From NCBI RefSeq assembly GCF_009914755.1, contig NC_060946.1: a DNA stretch of 64,000 nt, one strand, 5' to 3'. Of the stretch, positions 28,111 through 44,203 are shown in pieces. This DNA comes from the human T2T-CHM13v2.0 reference genome, Homo sapiens. The number at the start of each line of letters is the position of its first letter. Within the stretch, counting starts at the first letter, position 1. A program made the translations under genes and the position numbers. The notes below the pieces were generated by a model. That model was not told where the DNA came from, searched no databases, and was given only the letters and a program-made list of their open reading frames with translations.

Positions 28111-31100
28111 CAGTACTGGAAATAACTTTGTTCAACCTATAGAACATACTTTGGAGACTATATGACACGTGAGCTGGTTTTAGATCCATTCTGTCTCTCT
28201 TGAGAAGTGAGCATGACTATCTCCATCTTTAAATCAGGCGTTCACGATTAGAGGGATTAGCTCTCTCTCCTGGGGTCGCACTGCTTGTTAATAGTAAAGC
28301 CAGAATTCTAACCCAGTCTCATCCGACTCCTGTGTACTTGTAATTGAGAACTGAATACAGGGAGTTGAGAATGCAGAAGCAAAACATAAATTTTACAAGA
28401 GAGTGTAGTGGAGGGCAGGCTTCCTGGAGCTGTGGTTTGCAGTTGGTCCGTGTTTGGTTGGCACTGTGATGCTGCCTACCCCAGAGGGACGATGGCTCCA
28501 CACGATCAATAGGTAAATGGTGTTGCTTTTAATGATACCATTGTCAGTTCCCCGGGGTGCCCTCCTTATGTGGCTCCATCCTGGTGTAAATGAATACCAA
28601 TGCACAGCCAAGGTTCAACAGGCTGTGTGGGGAATAGCAGCAGAGAAATAAGGAAAAGAGAACCTGAGGACTGCCTGGGAGTGTTCAGGCCCACTCTGCG
28701 TCCAGCACAGGGCCCTGGTGTGTTACCACCTTTTCAGATGACTTGGAGAAAGAATGAGCTGCTGTGATTTCACACACTCCGCATCCACACCGGGGTCACC
28801 ATGTTTTTGGCAGACCTGGGGCACCTGGCCCTTGGTGGTGGACCTGTTCTTGCTGGGGGATGAGCCTCAGCTCCCTGAAGATGGGCTGGTTCCTCCTGCT
28901 CACAGTGTCCCCTGGCTGTGCTACACGGCCTCGTGCTGGACACAGGGACTGGCTGTGGTGTGAGTGAGGAATGGAGGATTGGCCTTCAGGCGCCATCGTT
29001 TCTGTTGCTTGAAGGTATTGAGTTCTTTTCAAAACATCCCTGCTTATTTGTTCAGATGGGAACACGGAAGGGAGGCAAACTACCTTCTTTTAGCAAAGAG
29101 ACAAGACAGCAGGTGGAAGACACTGAGAACATTGGCGAGACTCCTGGGCTACTCCCTGCAGGGAGATGCAGGAGCAGCTTTAAGGGAATGAGAGAAGGGA
29201 GATGTGGAGGGACCTGCAGGAGGTGGGTAGGGCAGAGAGAGAGGAGCTGGGGGTGGAGAAAACCCTCAGGCCCAGGAGCTACATGAGCATGGTCCCTTTC
29301 TTGTGGGGTCGCCGGCCAGATGGAGACTCTGAGATGGCCATGGATGTTGTTTTGGAAGAATGAATCTACTCCCACATTTTCATGCAGTCTCAGGGTATTG
29401 AAGACTCAGTCCATGGATGGGCTGGTCAGGAAATCCTGCAACTCGGGGTTGCTGTGGCTCCCAGGTATGCCCTCCTCCCCAGGTACAAACTCCTCCCAAA
29501 CAGCAACTCCTGCACCCGCATCTTCTGGGTCAGCTGTGGGTATGGGATCCCCTTCTGCCGAGGCTGAGGGCCCTACCCCTGTCATAGCCCGATGGTCTGA
29601 TTCTACCCCCCCCAGTCACCCAGCCCTGTGGCTTTTCAGCACCCCTGCCTGTTCTGGGCACTGAAGGGCACTTTCCGGTGTGTCTGGAGATGTGGCAAGT
29701 GGCTGGTTGATCAATTTCTGCTTTCTGGGTAAGTCTTAACCTGTTAGGGGTTTCAGCTGGATGTGTGTCTCTGGGAGTCGGGGGTGAGAGGCATCCTGAT
29801 GTGGCCTGAGGGATGGTTCTGTGAGGTACTCAGGGTTTGATTGCACTGTGCTGTGGTTTTCCAACATGACAGTCCATGAGCTGGATCGGGAGTTTCGATT
29901 CTTTTGTCTCTCAAGAAAGGAGAATAATGCCTCTGTTCCTGGTGAAAATAAGATGACTTAGTATACAGAATGGCCTTGCACAGAGATCGCATGCGGTAGG
30001 TGGTCATGGTTACTGAAGTCCATTAAGTCACTGGGCAGTGTAGACGCCAGGCCCACAGCCAGCCCCTCTGTGTAGTCTCCTGATTCAGTCCCCCAAGCCC
30101 TTTGCAGTTCCCCAAACTCTGCCAGTCACAGCTGGCTAGCCCAGCCTGCGCCCTGCTGCTCCTGGGGCCAAGTGGCTGTCCTCATAAACCTCTGCTGGGG
30201 AAAGCATCTCAGAGGTCTTCAAACTCAGCCTCCAGCCCAGCTCTGTCCAGTACGGATCCCTTCATACTTCTGCCCTATGATCCGCACATCCTCTCTTCTG
30301 TATCCACAGAACTGACCCTCCTCCATCCCCTAGCAGGTGCCTCAGGGACCCCACAACATCATAAGGACCCATTAGGCATTAGATGCCGAGTCCATGGTTC
30401 TTTTGCCTGTTTTCTCACTGGGCTGGAGTCTCCAGGCTTGCCCAGCTGCTGCCCCTCCTCTGCCACCCCAGGCCCCCAGCCAGTCTTTGGGAGGGTAGAG
30501 TGGGCTGTGGACAAGCCCTCCAGGCTCAGTGTTCCTCATGGGGCAGATTCTTTCACTTACAACCTTCGTAAAGGCAGCTGCAGGCTTTCCTCCTGTAACT
30601 GATCTCCAGGCAATTATAAGAGTAAAAAGTGTGGTTTTACCTTATTAGGTTACTTCTATTTTCAGCATGTACCCAAAAATGCACCACGGCACTGTCAGGC
30701 GTGGGTTGTCCCTGACAAGGAGCCTGTGGGGACCATGAACCTTGGCAGAATCTGCCCCCACCCCCTGACGCCCACAGGCACGCCCGGTAAGCTGAGAAGG
30801 CCGCCTTCCCTTCCTGCCTCCCTCCTGCCTCCTTTCTGTTGCTCACCTGAGTGGCTTCCCTGGGATTCTGCAGCCCTGGCTGGTCCCTGAGTCTTGCTGG
30901 GTTTCCTGCAGCCCCTCAGGGGCCAGCGTTGCATGCGGCGGGGCCTGGGAGTCAGCTATCTAGGTCTGCTCTATCCAACTTAGTAGCCCTTGACCAGGTG
31001 GGACTGGTTACCTTCAGATTAACAGCAACTAAACAAAGTTAACAATTCAGTTCTCCCAGTCAAAGTTTAGGATGATGGCTCCTTTACTGGGCAGTGTGGA

Positions 31101-31842
31101 CATAAAGCACACCTATCATCACAGGGGCTGTCTAGAGCAGAGGCTGTCAGGGAGCCGGTGGAGGTCGGGGGACACCTGAGCACACCTGCACCAGGTGGGG
31201 TGGCCTCACTCTGGAGGCTCTAAGCCTGAGGCATCCACATGTGCCCCCCAGGAACCCCTTCTCTTAATGGAGGCCCCCAGCTGCCTCACCCCTAAGGACA
31301 GGATGAGTCCAGTGAGGGGGAGGAGAGGCACTCCGTGCTCCACCGGAGGACTTGAGTGCAGGAGGTGCCGTGGAAACCCACAGACTTCCCCGGGGGCAGC
31401 GCAGCAGATGGCAGGTGGAGAGGCTCCTGTGGCAGAGGGTGCTGGAAAGGATGCCTGGAAGTGAGCCAGCTACAGACAGAGGAAGCAGGTCCTGACAGGG
31501 GACTGCAAGGTTCAAAAGCCCAGCAGTGTCCAGGAGGAGGAGGAGGATCTGGCAGCTGGGAACATGTCCCACTGGCTGTGGGTCGGAGGATGGGAGATGG
31601 AGCCGGAAAGTCAGCAGAGACCAGATCTGGAAAGGACATTCTAAGAGCACGCATGGGCCTTACTCTTGAGAACCCCTGGATGCCAGCACCATCCTCCCAG
31701 CAATTCACCTGCATGTGCCAAATTTCTGACGCCTGTACCCAGCAGGTCTCCTCTCAGATTTAAGAATGATCAGATCTGAGAGCACAGCCCACAAAGCCAG
31801 TGTCTGTGTGCTGAGCATGGCCCACGCCCCCAACCAACCAAC

Positions 31843-31843
<1 letters not shown>

Positions 31844-31882
<39 letters not shown>
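31844..31882. repeat. (CA)~19 microsatellite
   Basis: Direct reading. Confidence 0.97.
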
Positions 31883-31883
<1 letters not shown>

Positions 31884-32309
31884 CATGTGGTCTGTGTGCA
31901 GAGCACACGCGGTTAAAGCCAACCTAAGCCTCCTCGCTGCCCCGCCCGTTCTGCAGGATGGGGATGACTTTCCCTGCTGCTCCGCCTCCCGAAAAATCCC
32001 ACTCGCAAACACTCAAGCCCCGGAGCCATCATCATCATTCTGATATTTGATGATCTTTAACTACAAATGCTCAATAAATGTTTTTTGAATAACCAAGTGG
32101 AGAAATAGAATGATGTTTCCATTTTTATTGCTGAGCATGAGCTCAGCAGGTGTAATGATGGAACCTGCTGTCACAACCAAAGGACAGACCCCAGGATCCA
32201 GCTCAATGGGTCCAGTTAAAAGTCGACTTCTTGTCCAGAGAGGGCTGAGCCCCATCAGAACTGCTTGAGGGAGATTGAAAAGTAATCAAAACAGTCCTCC
32301 CTGCCTCAC

Positions 32310-32420
32310 CCGGAGCCACAAAATCAAAATGCCCAAGAACAGAGGCCCAGACATTTGCATTTCAAAAGTCCCCCAGGTGACTTTGATGTAATCTGAGCAG
32401 CCTGGACCCCGGGGTTCAGC
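32310..32420. mobile_element. MER5A-like hAT-Charlie fragment
   Basis: atttgcatttcaaaagtcccccaggtgactttgatg. Confidence 0.6.
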
Positions 32421-33469
32421 CTGCAGGATTTCTGCCCAGGTATCCCAGCTCCTTCTCAAGGAGAGAATTGAGAAAAGTTGCTTCTGCCTGTGCCCTGGGA
32501 GGAAATACAGGGGGATTTGGGTGGGGACTCGGGTGCCTAAGCCCAGCTCCATTCTCTTTTTTCTGAGGTCCTTTAGAATCCAACAGGAGTCCAGTGGTGA
32601 ACAAAGTGCTAGCCAGTGTCTCGGTGAAGGAAAACTCACCCTCTCCCCTGCCCAAGTGCAGGGCTGCCTGGGAAAAGCGGACAGAAGGGTGGCTCTGTCA
32701 GGGGCCTTGTGCACTGTGAGCCTCCCCGTGCACTTGTGAGGCCAAGGACAAGTCCATCTGTCCACCCCAAAGCCACGCAGTCGCCATGAGCATGGAAGCT
32801 GGAGCCTTATCAAACTCCCAGCAGGGAGAGCGGACAGACAGGGACAGAAACTGGCTCTGTCTGTCTGCTCAGCTGTAGGAAGCAGGGAAAAGAGCTCTCG
32901 GGGACAAACATGTCCCCGTCGACATCACCCACTCATGAACTGTGGCCCAAGGAATCTCAGATCTGACCACTCAGATCATCAGCAGCCTTCTTTCTTGGCA
33001 AAATAAGCAGGGAAGGGGCTAGAGATAAGGGTGAGGATCCTGCCCTGGATATGACCTCACACATGTGAAGTGAGGGTGGAATGCCCCATCCTGCCAAGCA
33101 CAGGCTTCGGGGCTCCAGCCTGAAGGTGGGTCAGGGTGAGGGGAGTGGACAGACGCTGGCCACAGCTCAGCCATTCCTCACTCATCTATGTAAAATTAAA
33201 TTATTCCAGCTTAAAACTGTTGGAACTTGAAGTTATTCTGCGCCTTGGAAGGAACGTGGCTATGAGGCGTGCATCATGTAGCATGCACCTGCAACTTCTG
33301 CTTTTTCCTTTCAATGATTAGGAAGGGACTTGTGGCACCAAAGAGAAGACCCCCTCTGGCCATAGCTGCCCCTACAGCATGGGAAAGCCATCTTCCTTGC
33401 AATGTAGCAGGCTGAAACCAATCAAGTCACTAAAACATATGCATTGAGCTCATGGGGAGGTGATGCACA

Positions 33470-34837
<1,368 letters not shown>

Positions 34838-35247
34838 TGTTGCACATGTTAACTGCCTGTAAAGGAAGCTTTGGCCTCCCCACTTTGGAATGATGTCTGA
34901 TGTTCTTCAAGTCTGTGTTTCCCGGGGGGAGTATTCTCAGTCTCTGTACTCAAACTCTGTACTTAATCTTATTTTCTGAATCTCATGATTTAAGGCTGAC
35001 ATCTAGAACCTGGAACTGCTTTCCTGTGATTCATTTCTTGGTCCTAAATGGGTCTGATACAAGTTTCGCCTTAAGGAACGGTCTAGGAAGTTGGGTGCTG
35101 GTCATTCTAATTTTGACTCTAGGTGCCCCTGACTTGGTGAAGTGGGAAAGGGAAGGGACCTTTCTGGTGCACCAGGCCCATTCCCGAACGGGGCTCCTGT
35201 GGCCAGCATTAGCCAGTGCCCTCCGTCTTTCTCATCTGGTCCAGTGA

Positions 35248-36076
<829 letters not shown>

Positions 36077-36089
36077 TAAAGTCTGAAGT

Positions 36090-36370
36090 CTCAGTTATGC
36101 AGGCTGATGAAGTCGTGGGGCTCTAATAAACAGGATGGTGGTGTTAATTAACAAAACTGCATTGTATACTTGACATTCGCTAAGGAAGTCGATCTCAAGT
36201 GCTCCCCCCACCAACACACACCCACAAAAATAATTACATGAGGTGATGGCCATGGTAATTAGCTTGATGGTGGCAGTCACTTCACAATGTGTACACACAT
36301 CAAAACATCACATTGCACATCTTAGAATACATATAATTTTTATTTGTCAATCTTAACTCAAGAAAGCTGG
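36090..36370 (+). mobile_element. L1MA/MB-like 3' end
   Basis: ctgcattgtatacttgacattcgctaag...tgaggtgatgg...taatttttatttgtcaat. Confidence 0.8.
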
Positions 36371-38706
36371 GGAGGGAAAGAAGACGGAATTAGATAATGC
36401 CTCCAACATTGTCTAGCACATACATAGTCAGCGTTCAGTGACATTTCAATGAGCAACATCATCGTCTTCATTGTCATCATCATCTTCATCAACCTGCTGC
36501 TCTGGGATGTCTGATGAAATTTCCAAAGTAAGGTTCTCGATCACGAAACATGAGCTTGTTCCTGCCTCTTGGGGAATGACTGCAGGGTGTGTGACTCTGC
36601 TGGGGTGGTACACGCCCTTGGTGGGTGCGGGTTCGTGGTGCAAGCTGGCAGATGCCAGGTGAGACCCACCCCTCGCCCTCAGGTACTGAGCCCCACCTCG
36701 GTCCTTGTGAGGTCTGCCCTGAGGCTGGTTGCCTCTGCCAAGCATTTATTTTTTTCATCCCTAAGGAAAACTCACACTCACCTTTGCTGAGAACTCCATT
36801 TATTTTTATCTGTTATTTATTCTCCTGACTCATGAAATTGCACCCTTCAGGATGCCAGTACAAAATGTTTTAAAAAATTAGTAAAAATGCATGAAGTGGA
36901 TGAAAGATGTTAGGCTTCTTTTATCTTCCAAAATATAAATTTAAATACTTTCACTTTATGATCCCCAGAGGAAGAATTAAATAAAAAGTAAGCACAAAAA
37001 TTTTTATCAAACTCTTACTCCTTCCAACTTAAATGTTAAAAGTAAAAACAAAAACAGAAAGAGGAAGACCTTGGCCCAGCACAGGAGCGTGGTTCTCAAG
37101 GCGGATGAGACGGGCCCCTGACGACCCATGGAGCTGAGACCTCGTGACCTTCAGTCCTCACTCGGTGCCTCCCACATGCAGGTGGCAGCACAGACTGTCT
37201 GCCCTGGCTGTGGCACTGGACGCGAGGACGGATAAGCATCAGGGCTTGTTGGGGTCAAGAGGTGGACAACACCCCCAGCCCAAGCGTCCACACTAGGCTC
37301 TGTCCAGCGAGGATGTGCTGGCCAAGCGGCTGCCCTCACCGAGAGAGGCAGCACAGGAAGACAGCCCCCATGTACCAGAGCCTGCCAGGGAGGCAGATGA
37401 GCTCATGTGGGTGCCCGTGGCAGCACACAGGGAAGTCCGAGCCAGAAGGTGGAAACAGGTTCATGGAAGGCCACTTAGAGCAGGGCCTCCCAGCCACCTG
37501 GAGCCCCCCACCCCAAGCCCCGTGCCCAGCCCAGGACCCTGCAGGCCTGAAACTGGGGCGGGGGTAGGTACCCAGCTTCTCCTGTGGGCTCATTCACTAA
37601 TAATTCCTAGAGGGGCCAGGGGCTGGCAGGCTGAGGTTTTGTTTCAGAGCATCAAGGGAAAGAAATGGGCTGGAAGAGAAGCAGGAGGGAAAAAGAAGCT
37701 TTAGATGGGAAAGCCTGGGAACAGGTCAGAGAAGCCAGGCCCCCTTCCCAGGGCGAAGGCAGCGATGGAGACCTCATCAGGGCGCTGGTTAGCCCAGGAG
37801 TCCCTCCTCTCCAGAAACAGCCCTCAGTGCTGCCGTGGCACACAGAGGATGGGAGGATGGGAGAGACGAGGGTCAGGGAGGCCACCAGGGGACGGGGCTG
37901 GACTCCACGAGTGACAGCCATGGCGGGGGCGAGCCGGGCAGCCTGTCGCAGAGCCACAGCTTCTGGGGAAGGCTTCCCTGAGCCTGGTCCCTCATTTGTG
38001 CTGGTGAAATGTCCCATTTTGCTGAAGAGGAGACGGACATGGAAGCCTTTGTCTTTAGTTCACGCTTACAAGTGGCACGGGGACGTGCCGGGGGATGAGT
38101 CCTGGAGGGGCTCCGGGTGGAGGCTTCCCGGCTGTCCCTGAATTGAAGCACAGGAAGGCGGCAGGGGGTCTTGGGAGGTCAGAACTAGAAAGTGCCTTCA
38201 AGATCTTCGTCCCAACTCCCTGTCCCCTAGACAGAAAGCCTCAGAGCTGAGGAGCTACGCTGACTCATCCAAGGTCAAAAGGGAGCTGGTGGCAAAGCCG
38301 GGGGACCCCTTGGCTTCACAACGTGGTCATCACAGGCCCTGATGGCATCAGGGCAGTTCACCCCCAAAGCGACTCGGGACACATATTGTGACGTAGTAGG
38401 GACTGGGGAAGGGGAAGCGAGTATGGTGGCTCAGATGAAGTAGTTAAAAGCAGAAAACGGGTAACTGCAGAAGTGCTGGTTGTGGGGGGATTTACGCTTC
38501 TTTTTCCTCCAAAGCACCTTGTCCTGGAAGTGCCAGGTGCCCTCTGGGAAGGCCCCACTTAGATTGATTTCTCTCTCTTTGGGCACTTTCAAAAGGTCCT
38601 CTCCAAAGCGCAATCCATCGACTCCGCCAATCTGTCACCAGGCAGCTCTGGGAACGGAGCCAGGGACTTGCAGGTGTGGCCTCAGCAAAAAGATGAGCAG
38701 GGTGGT

Positions 38707-38745
38707 GCCTCTGCCAGGGAATCGCCTCTGCCAGGGAATCGCCTC
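38707..38745. repeat. 17-bp tandem duplication
   Basis: gcctctgccagggaatc x2 plus gcctc. Confidence 0.9.
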
Positions 38746-41624
38746 CGAGAGCTGAGCCCTAAGGCACGCTGGGCCCCGGCCTGATGGCGCAGAGGGAGGC
38801 TCCCCACCCTCCACTCCCTGGCTTTGTGCTTTGGGGCCAGGCACCTGTGTGGGGTGGGCTTCCCAGGACACAAAGGCTAGATTCAGTGAAAGTGATTCCT
38901 TGGTCAGAGGGAGATTTTCAGAGGAATCAATGGCTGTGCGCTTCACTGTCTTAAAGTGGTCTATGCCTCCTGACTACTTTCATGCTAAAGCCCATCTCTC
39001 AGCCTAAGGTTGAGGCCTGCAAATGAACTGGTCTTATTCTCCTGTGCGGATAAGCCACCTGTCAACCCCCGCTCCCCAAAATACACACCCAGTGCCATCC
39101 CCTGCTGATACCTCAGCTCAACATGCATTCCCAAGTCCATGCCCGCTGGGGAGCCCTATCTGCCCCATAAACCCCCCATCAGCCACGACCTTCACCAGGA
39201 CAATGCGGGGTGCCGGGTGTCCTCCCCAAGCTTCTCAGATGCAGGTGCTGCCTGAGACAGCAGAAGGGAGGATGGTTCTGAAGGAAGCGTAAGCGGGGGC
39301 ATCAGTCACGAAGCTTGGCCACAAAGAAAGTGAACAGCGGGAACCGAGGCTGTGGCTTTCCAGGGACCAGCAGCTGCAGGGGTGGGGCACGCGGCATGGA
39401 TGGGGGCCACGGACAGATTTGGAAGGCAAAATCTGCTGAAAAGTTTAGAGAGGATAAAGCGGGGGGCTCTGATTTAGATTAGCCGTGGCCTGGGGGCACA
39501 CAGCCCACCCAACTGCTTCTGCACACTGGCTCCTGGAAAGGGAAGCAAGTTGGGGCTGGGGAGGGGGCTGGAGGGCCCTGGCTATGACAGCTGGGTCTCC
39601 TCAGGACACCGAGGGCACATGAGGCAGCTGCAGGGGTTGAGCACCCCCAGACAGGTGGCCCAGACCTTCAGCCTGGGTAGGAGCAGGAGGACACTGTAGC
39701 ATCCTTGGCCCCCCGCCCCCTTTTCACTCCACCGCCCTACGTGTGGATGAAGAGAAAGGATCTGGGAGGAGAACTCCAGGAACCCCAGCTCCTCCTTCAC
39801 CCTCGGCTAGAGTGGGGACCAAGAAGGGCCTGTGCTGAGGCTGCCACACGGCCTGGCCTGGGAGGAGACAGCAGGCTAGATCACAAGGACCACTGCTGGT
39901 GCATGGCCCCCATAGGCTGTGAGCCACACACAGGTGGGGAGGGCAGGCCAGGCCAGGGTTCCTTGAGCACCGACCACGTGCTGGACGCTCTCCTAAGTGT
40001 CCTCATCTCATTTGAGACCCGCAGGAACCATGTGGGGACCCTGTACTCTGACAGTGTGAGTAAGTCCTGCAGCCAGTGCCTGGTGCAGCCAGAAAGCAAG
40101 CCGGGGCCATCAGAGCCCCAGGCAGGACACTGAGCAGCTGCCGTGGGAAGATGCCGGATAGAGTTTCAAGATTTACAGCATTAATTAGAACTCCTGTATT
40201 ATTCAGAATCGATATCGCGGCTGGCCTCCATTTTTTAAGACTTGAAGTCAGAGGAATTCTGTATTCTTCTTTCCTAACAGTCAGCCGAAGCCACTCATCT
40301 CAGGCTGAAGGGGGGTTTTCTTCTTGTCGGGGGGATGTCCCTGGAGGAAGACTTTCCCTCTGGGGTCTCCCAACACAACATAGACAGAGAACCAGCCGAA
40401 AACAGGAGGCCACCCCTGCAGGCCAGAGGGAAGGCGCCCTGGAGTCTGAGCCGAAGCCTCAGGCGCATGGAAGGGCAGCTCAGCCCCAGGCCTCCGATGG
40501 TGGAAGTGATGTCAATGCTCCAGATAACACTTGTCCCGGTTTAAAAATCACTCAGCCATAGATGCAGGATTGAAAGGTCAACCCTCACTCCCTGCTAAGA
40601 CTTCCTAAATTTTAGATGAACTGAAATCCATCTTAACAAAGTCTCCCTCAAGACAGAAGCATTCTGGACTTTGGATGGAGCAGGGAGCAGCCTGGGCGTG
40701 GGTGCTCATGATGCTGCTTGGGGCAGGGAGAATGGGGGACCTGGGGGCCTCAGGTGGGAGGAATCAGGACAGGCTTGGAATGAGGACCATTTCCAAGACA
40801 GAAGCACAGACTGCATGCATTGGCCAGAGAGGCTGGGAATCCAGAGAGACCTGGGATCCCCCAGCATCCTTTCTAGGCCCTGGTTTCTGCGTTTGTGAAG
40901 TGGGGAATTAGTTCCTGGCCAGGAAGTTGCAGCGAGGATGGGATGAGACCCCGGCAAAGCATGCGGCGCTTAGCAGGCATCCCGTGACATGGGTTCCTTC
41001 CCTCCCTCTCTCCCTACCCACTGCAGAGTTTCCTCAAGGGAAATTCCTCTGGCCAAGTGTTATGTGGGGCCAATGGGTGATGTTGGAGCTGGCGTCTGTT
41101 GGCACCTTACAGGGCACCATGGTACATTATGAATGTGGCTCCTGGCTGGAAGAGCCGGGTTCAGGAAGGGCAACTTCCCAAGACAGAGTTGCCTGCAGCT
41201 CAAGCCAGGACTTACACCTGGCTCTGCCCAAGTAGAAACCAGGCTCGTTCCCACCTGGGTGTTTCAGGGGAACCAGCCAAGGGCCTGACTGGGGACAGGA
41301 ATGGGCTGTGGGCCACCCCTTGCCACCCATAGCTCATGATGTCACTGGTCACACAATATTAAAGCACTTAAAATAAGTAGTGGGCCCTCAAATACCTTAA
41401 CTTGTGTTTCTAATTAAAACAGGAAACAAGAGTCAGAGAAGAGAGGTATTTAGGGGCATTCGTGATTGAGGTGACTTCCTGGAAGAATGGGCCATAAACC
41501 TGCCTGTAACAACCCGTAATGCAAGGCCATGTGTCCAGGAAGAGCGGCTGCAGGATTCAAGGGCCAGGGAAATCCATGGGAGGACAGCATCCACCCACCT
41601 GGAGATGGCACCGCCCAGGGCGCC

Positions 41625-41975
41625 AGGGTCCCCACAATGTTTATACCCCACAAATTCAGGTGTTGAAGCCTTAGCCCCCACTGTGATGGTAATTAGGAGG
41701 TGGAGCTTTGGGGAGGCAGTTGGGGTTAGAAGAGGTCATTAGAGTGAGGCTTATGCAATGGGATTCACGTCTTTATACAGAGACATAAAGAGTTCCCCGC
41801 CTCCCCTCCATGAGAGGACACACCTGTAAACTAGGAGGTGGAGCGGCACCAGGACCCAACCCTGCCACACCTTGATCACAGAGTTCCCGCCAGCAGGGCT
41901 GTGAGAAAATAAACGTCTGCTGTTTGGGTCCAGTCTGTGGCCTTTGGCTATGGCAGCCCCAGCTGAGGAAGGCAC
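41625..41975 (+). mobile_element. MLT1A-like MaLR LTR
   Basis: ccccacaaattcaggtgttgaagccttagccccc...ctgtgagaaaataaacgtctgctgttt...gctatggcagccc. Confidence 0.8.
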
Positions 41976-43589
41976 AGTTACAGGGAAGTCTTTTGAGAAG
42001 AGGGCCCTCCAGCTGGGTCTGGAAGGGTGGAGAGGGCATCTGGAGGCAGAGCCACCGTGCAAAGCAGGTGGTTACCAGGGTGGGTGCTGGGGTGTCCTAG
42101 AGGTCCCCGCTCATGCTGGCAGAGGTTCCAGGAAAGAGACAGAGACTGGCTTCTCCTGAGGACTAGGGAGGTGTCCGAGGATGCATTTGGGGGTTCACTG
42201 GCAGTTGGTCTGATCAGAGAATCGGGAGGGCATTTGGGGAAGGAAGAAATGAGATCTGTACATCACGGTGTATGGTGCCCACCACAAGCGTGGGACGGTG
42301 AGGTCTGCTGAGGCCAGCAAAGCGGGTTGGGGAAAGATCTTAAATCTTGGGAGGTCTTCAATTCCATCATCAGAATTTTATAATTTATAGAGGAAGGGAA
42401 AGAGGATGAGGCATACCTTTAAGCAGAGAGATACCTCTCCTGAGCCTCAGTTTCCACGTGCGCACCATGGTGTCAGACCCACCAGAGCCCACAGAGCTGG
42501 AGCTTCCATCAATCTTGCACTCTGAGGGTTTGCACTCTGAGGCCGGGAGACCAGAGTAAGGGGGTTGACAGAGACGCCTCTTGCAAAGGTAACTTTCGGG
42601 GCACAGCCATGAGGGAGGGCGCTGGTGTCTTCAGTCTGAGACTCCACAAAGTGACGCTCTTCTGTGAGGGACCTGGGTGCAGGATGGCCAGCGATGGCAA
42701 GTTCTGGGCCAAAATTCATGTTCTCTGGTGACCGTCCCAGCCCCCAGGTGACAGAGAAATCACTGGACTGAACGTCATTTCCAATGCAGAGTCTAATTAT
42801 GATTCATGGTGTGTATCTGTGTTCTCGTGAGACTGTTATCAAGTCTCCTGAAATGGAGCCACATTCTCAGGGTGAGGAGAGAGGTGTTACCTACATCAAC
42901 CCCACCCTGCGTCTGTCTCCTCCCCCCAGGCCTGCTGTCTGGTTTGGAGAGGGGCCTTGATAACTGGAGTCATTGCAGCCTTAAAAATCTCTGCCCATAT
43001 TAATTGACTCACCCCAAGTAGAGAGGGGCTGGCAGATAACGCTTTAATATAGAAAGAGGCGCTTCCATTTTAATGAGATCGTAGCAGCCACCTGCGGAGC
43101 CCAAGGCTGGAGCGCCTCATTAGCAAGAGTAGAGCAGCCTAACTTTGAACTTGAAAATCGTTACAGAACTTGGGCTTCAAGTACTTCCCCAGAGACTTGG
43201 GGTTTTCTTTGCTGTTCTAATAGGAAATCTTCTTCCAAATGAGTTTTTCTATTTTTAAAATGTCTGGAAGAAACTACAAAGTGCAGGATTCTACTCCTCT
43301 GCAAGGTGGAGACTGTGAAAATATGTTGTTAATTGTGCAATTATGCACAATCCACTGGGACGGCAACGTGGGACATGGACTTCAGGATCTTTTAAAGAAG
43401 ATGTGATGTGAGTTTTGTGCCAAATCAGCACAGGACACGTTTCTTTAAACCAGCCAAAGATTCCATCAGCCAAGTCCACGTGAAGAAACCCATCTCAACC
43501 CATCGAAAACAAAAGGAGGTGCTATCTCTCTGAAAGTGATCCAAGAGGAAAGCAAAGCCTCTTTTCAAAGGTGTGGGGAGAAGAACTTT

Positions 43590-44203
43590 GTGTTTGTTTG
43601 TTTGTTTGTTTTTTGGGTTTTTTTTAAATTTTATTTTACTTTCAGTTCTGGGATGCATGTGCTGAACGTGCAGGTTTGTTACATAGGTATACACGTGCCA
43701 TGGTGGTTTGCTGGACCTATCAACCTGTCATCTAGTTTTTAAGTCCCGCATGCATTAGGTGTTTGTCCTAATGCTCTCCCTCCCCTTGCCCTCCTCCTCT
43801 TCAACAGGCCCCGGTGTGTGATGTTCCCCTCCCTGTGTCCATGTGTTCTCATTGTTCAACCCCCACTTATGAGTGAGAACATGCCCTGTTTGGTTTTCTG
43901 TTCTTGTGTTAGTTTACTGAGGATGATGGTTTTCAGCTTCATCCATGTCCCTGCAAAGGACATGATCTCATTCTTTTTTATGGCCGCATAGTATTCCATG
44001 GTGTGTGTTTGCCATATTTTCTTTATTCAGTCTATCATTGATGGGCATTTGGGTTGGTTCCAGGTCTTTGCTATTGTAAGTAGTGCTGCAATAAACATAT
44101 GTGTCTTTATAGTAGCATGTGTCTTTATAGTAGAATGATTTATAATCCTTTGGGTGTATACCCAGTAATGGGATTGCTGGGTCAAATGAGATTCCTCAAG
44201 GAT
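43590..44203 (-). mobile_element. L1PA (L1PA7/8-like) 3' end with a 14-bp 5' inversion
   Basis: (TTTG)n tail, L1 3'UTR, ends gggtcaaatg, then plus-strand gattcctcaaggat; aagaac flanks both sides. Confidence 0.9.

Noticed and set aside
36446-36745. ORF with acidic tail DEDDDDNEDDD
   Set aside because: Comes from a short (TCA)n-like tract; non-ATG start; no other support
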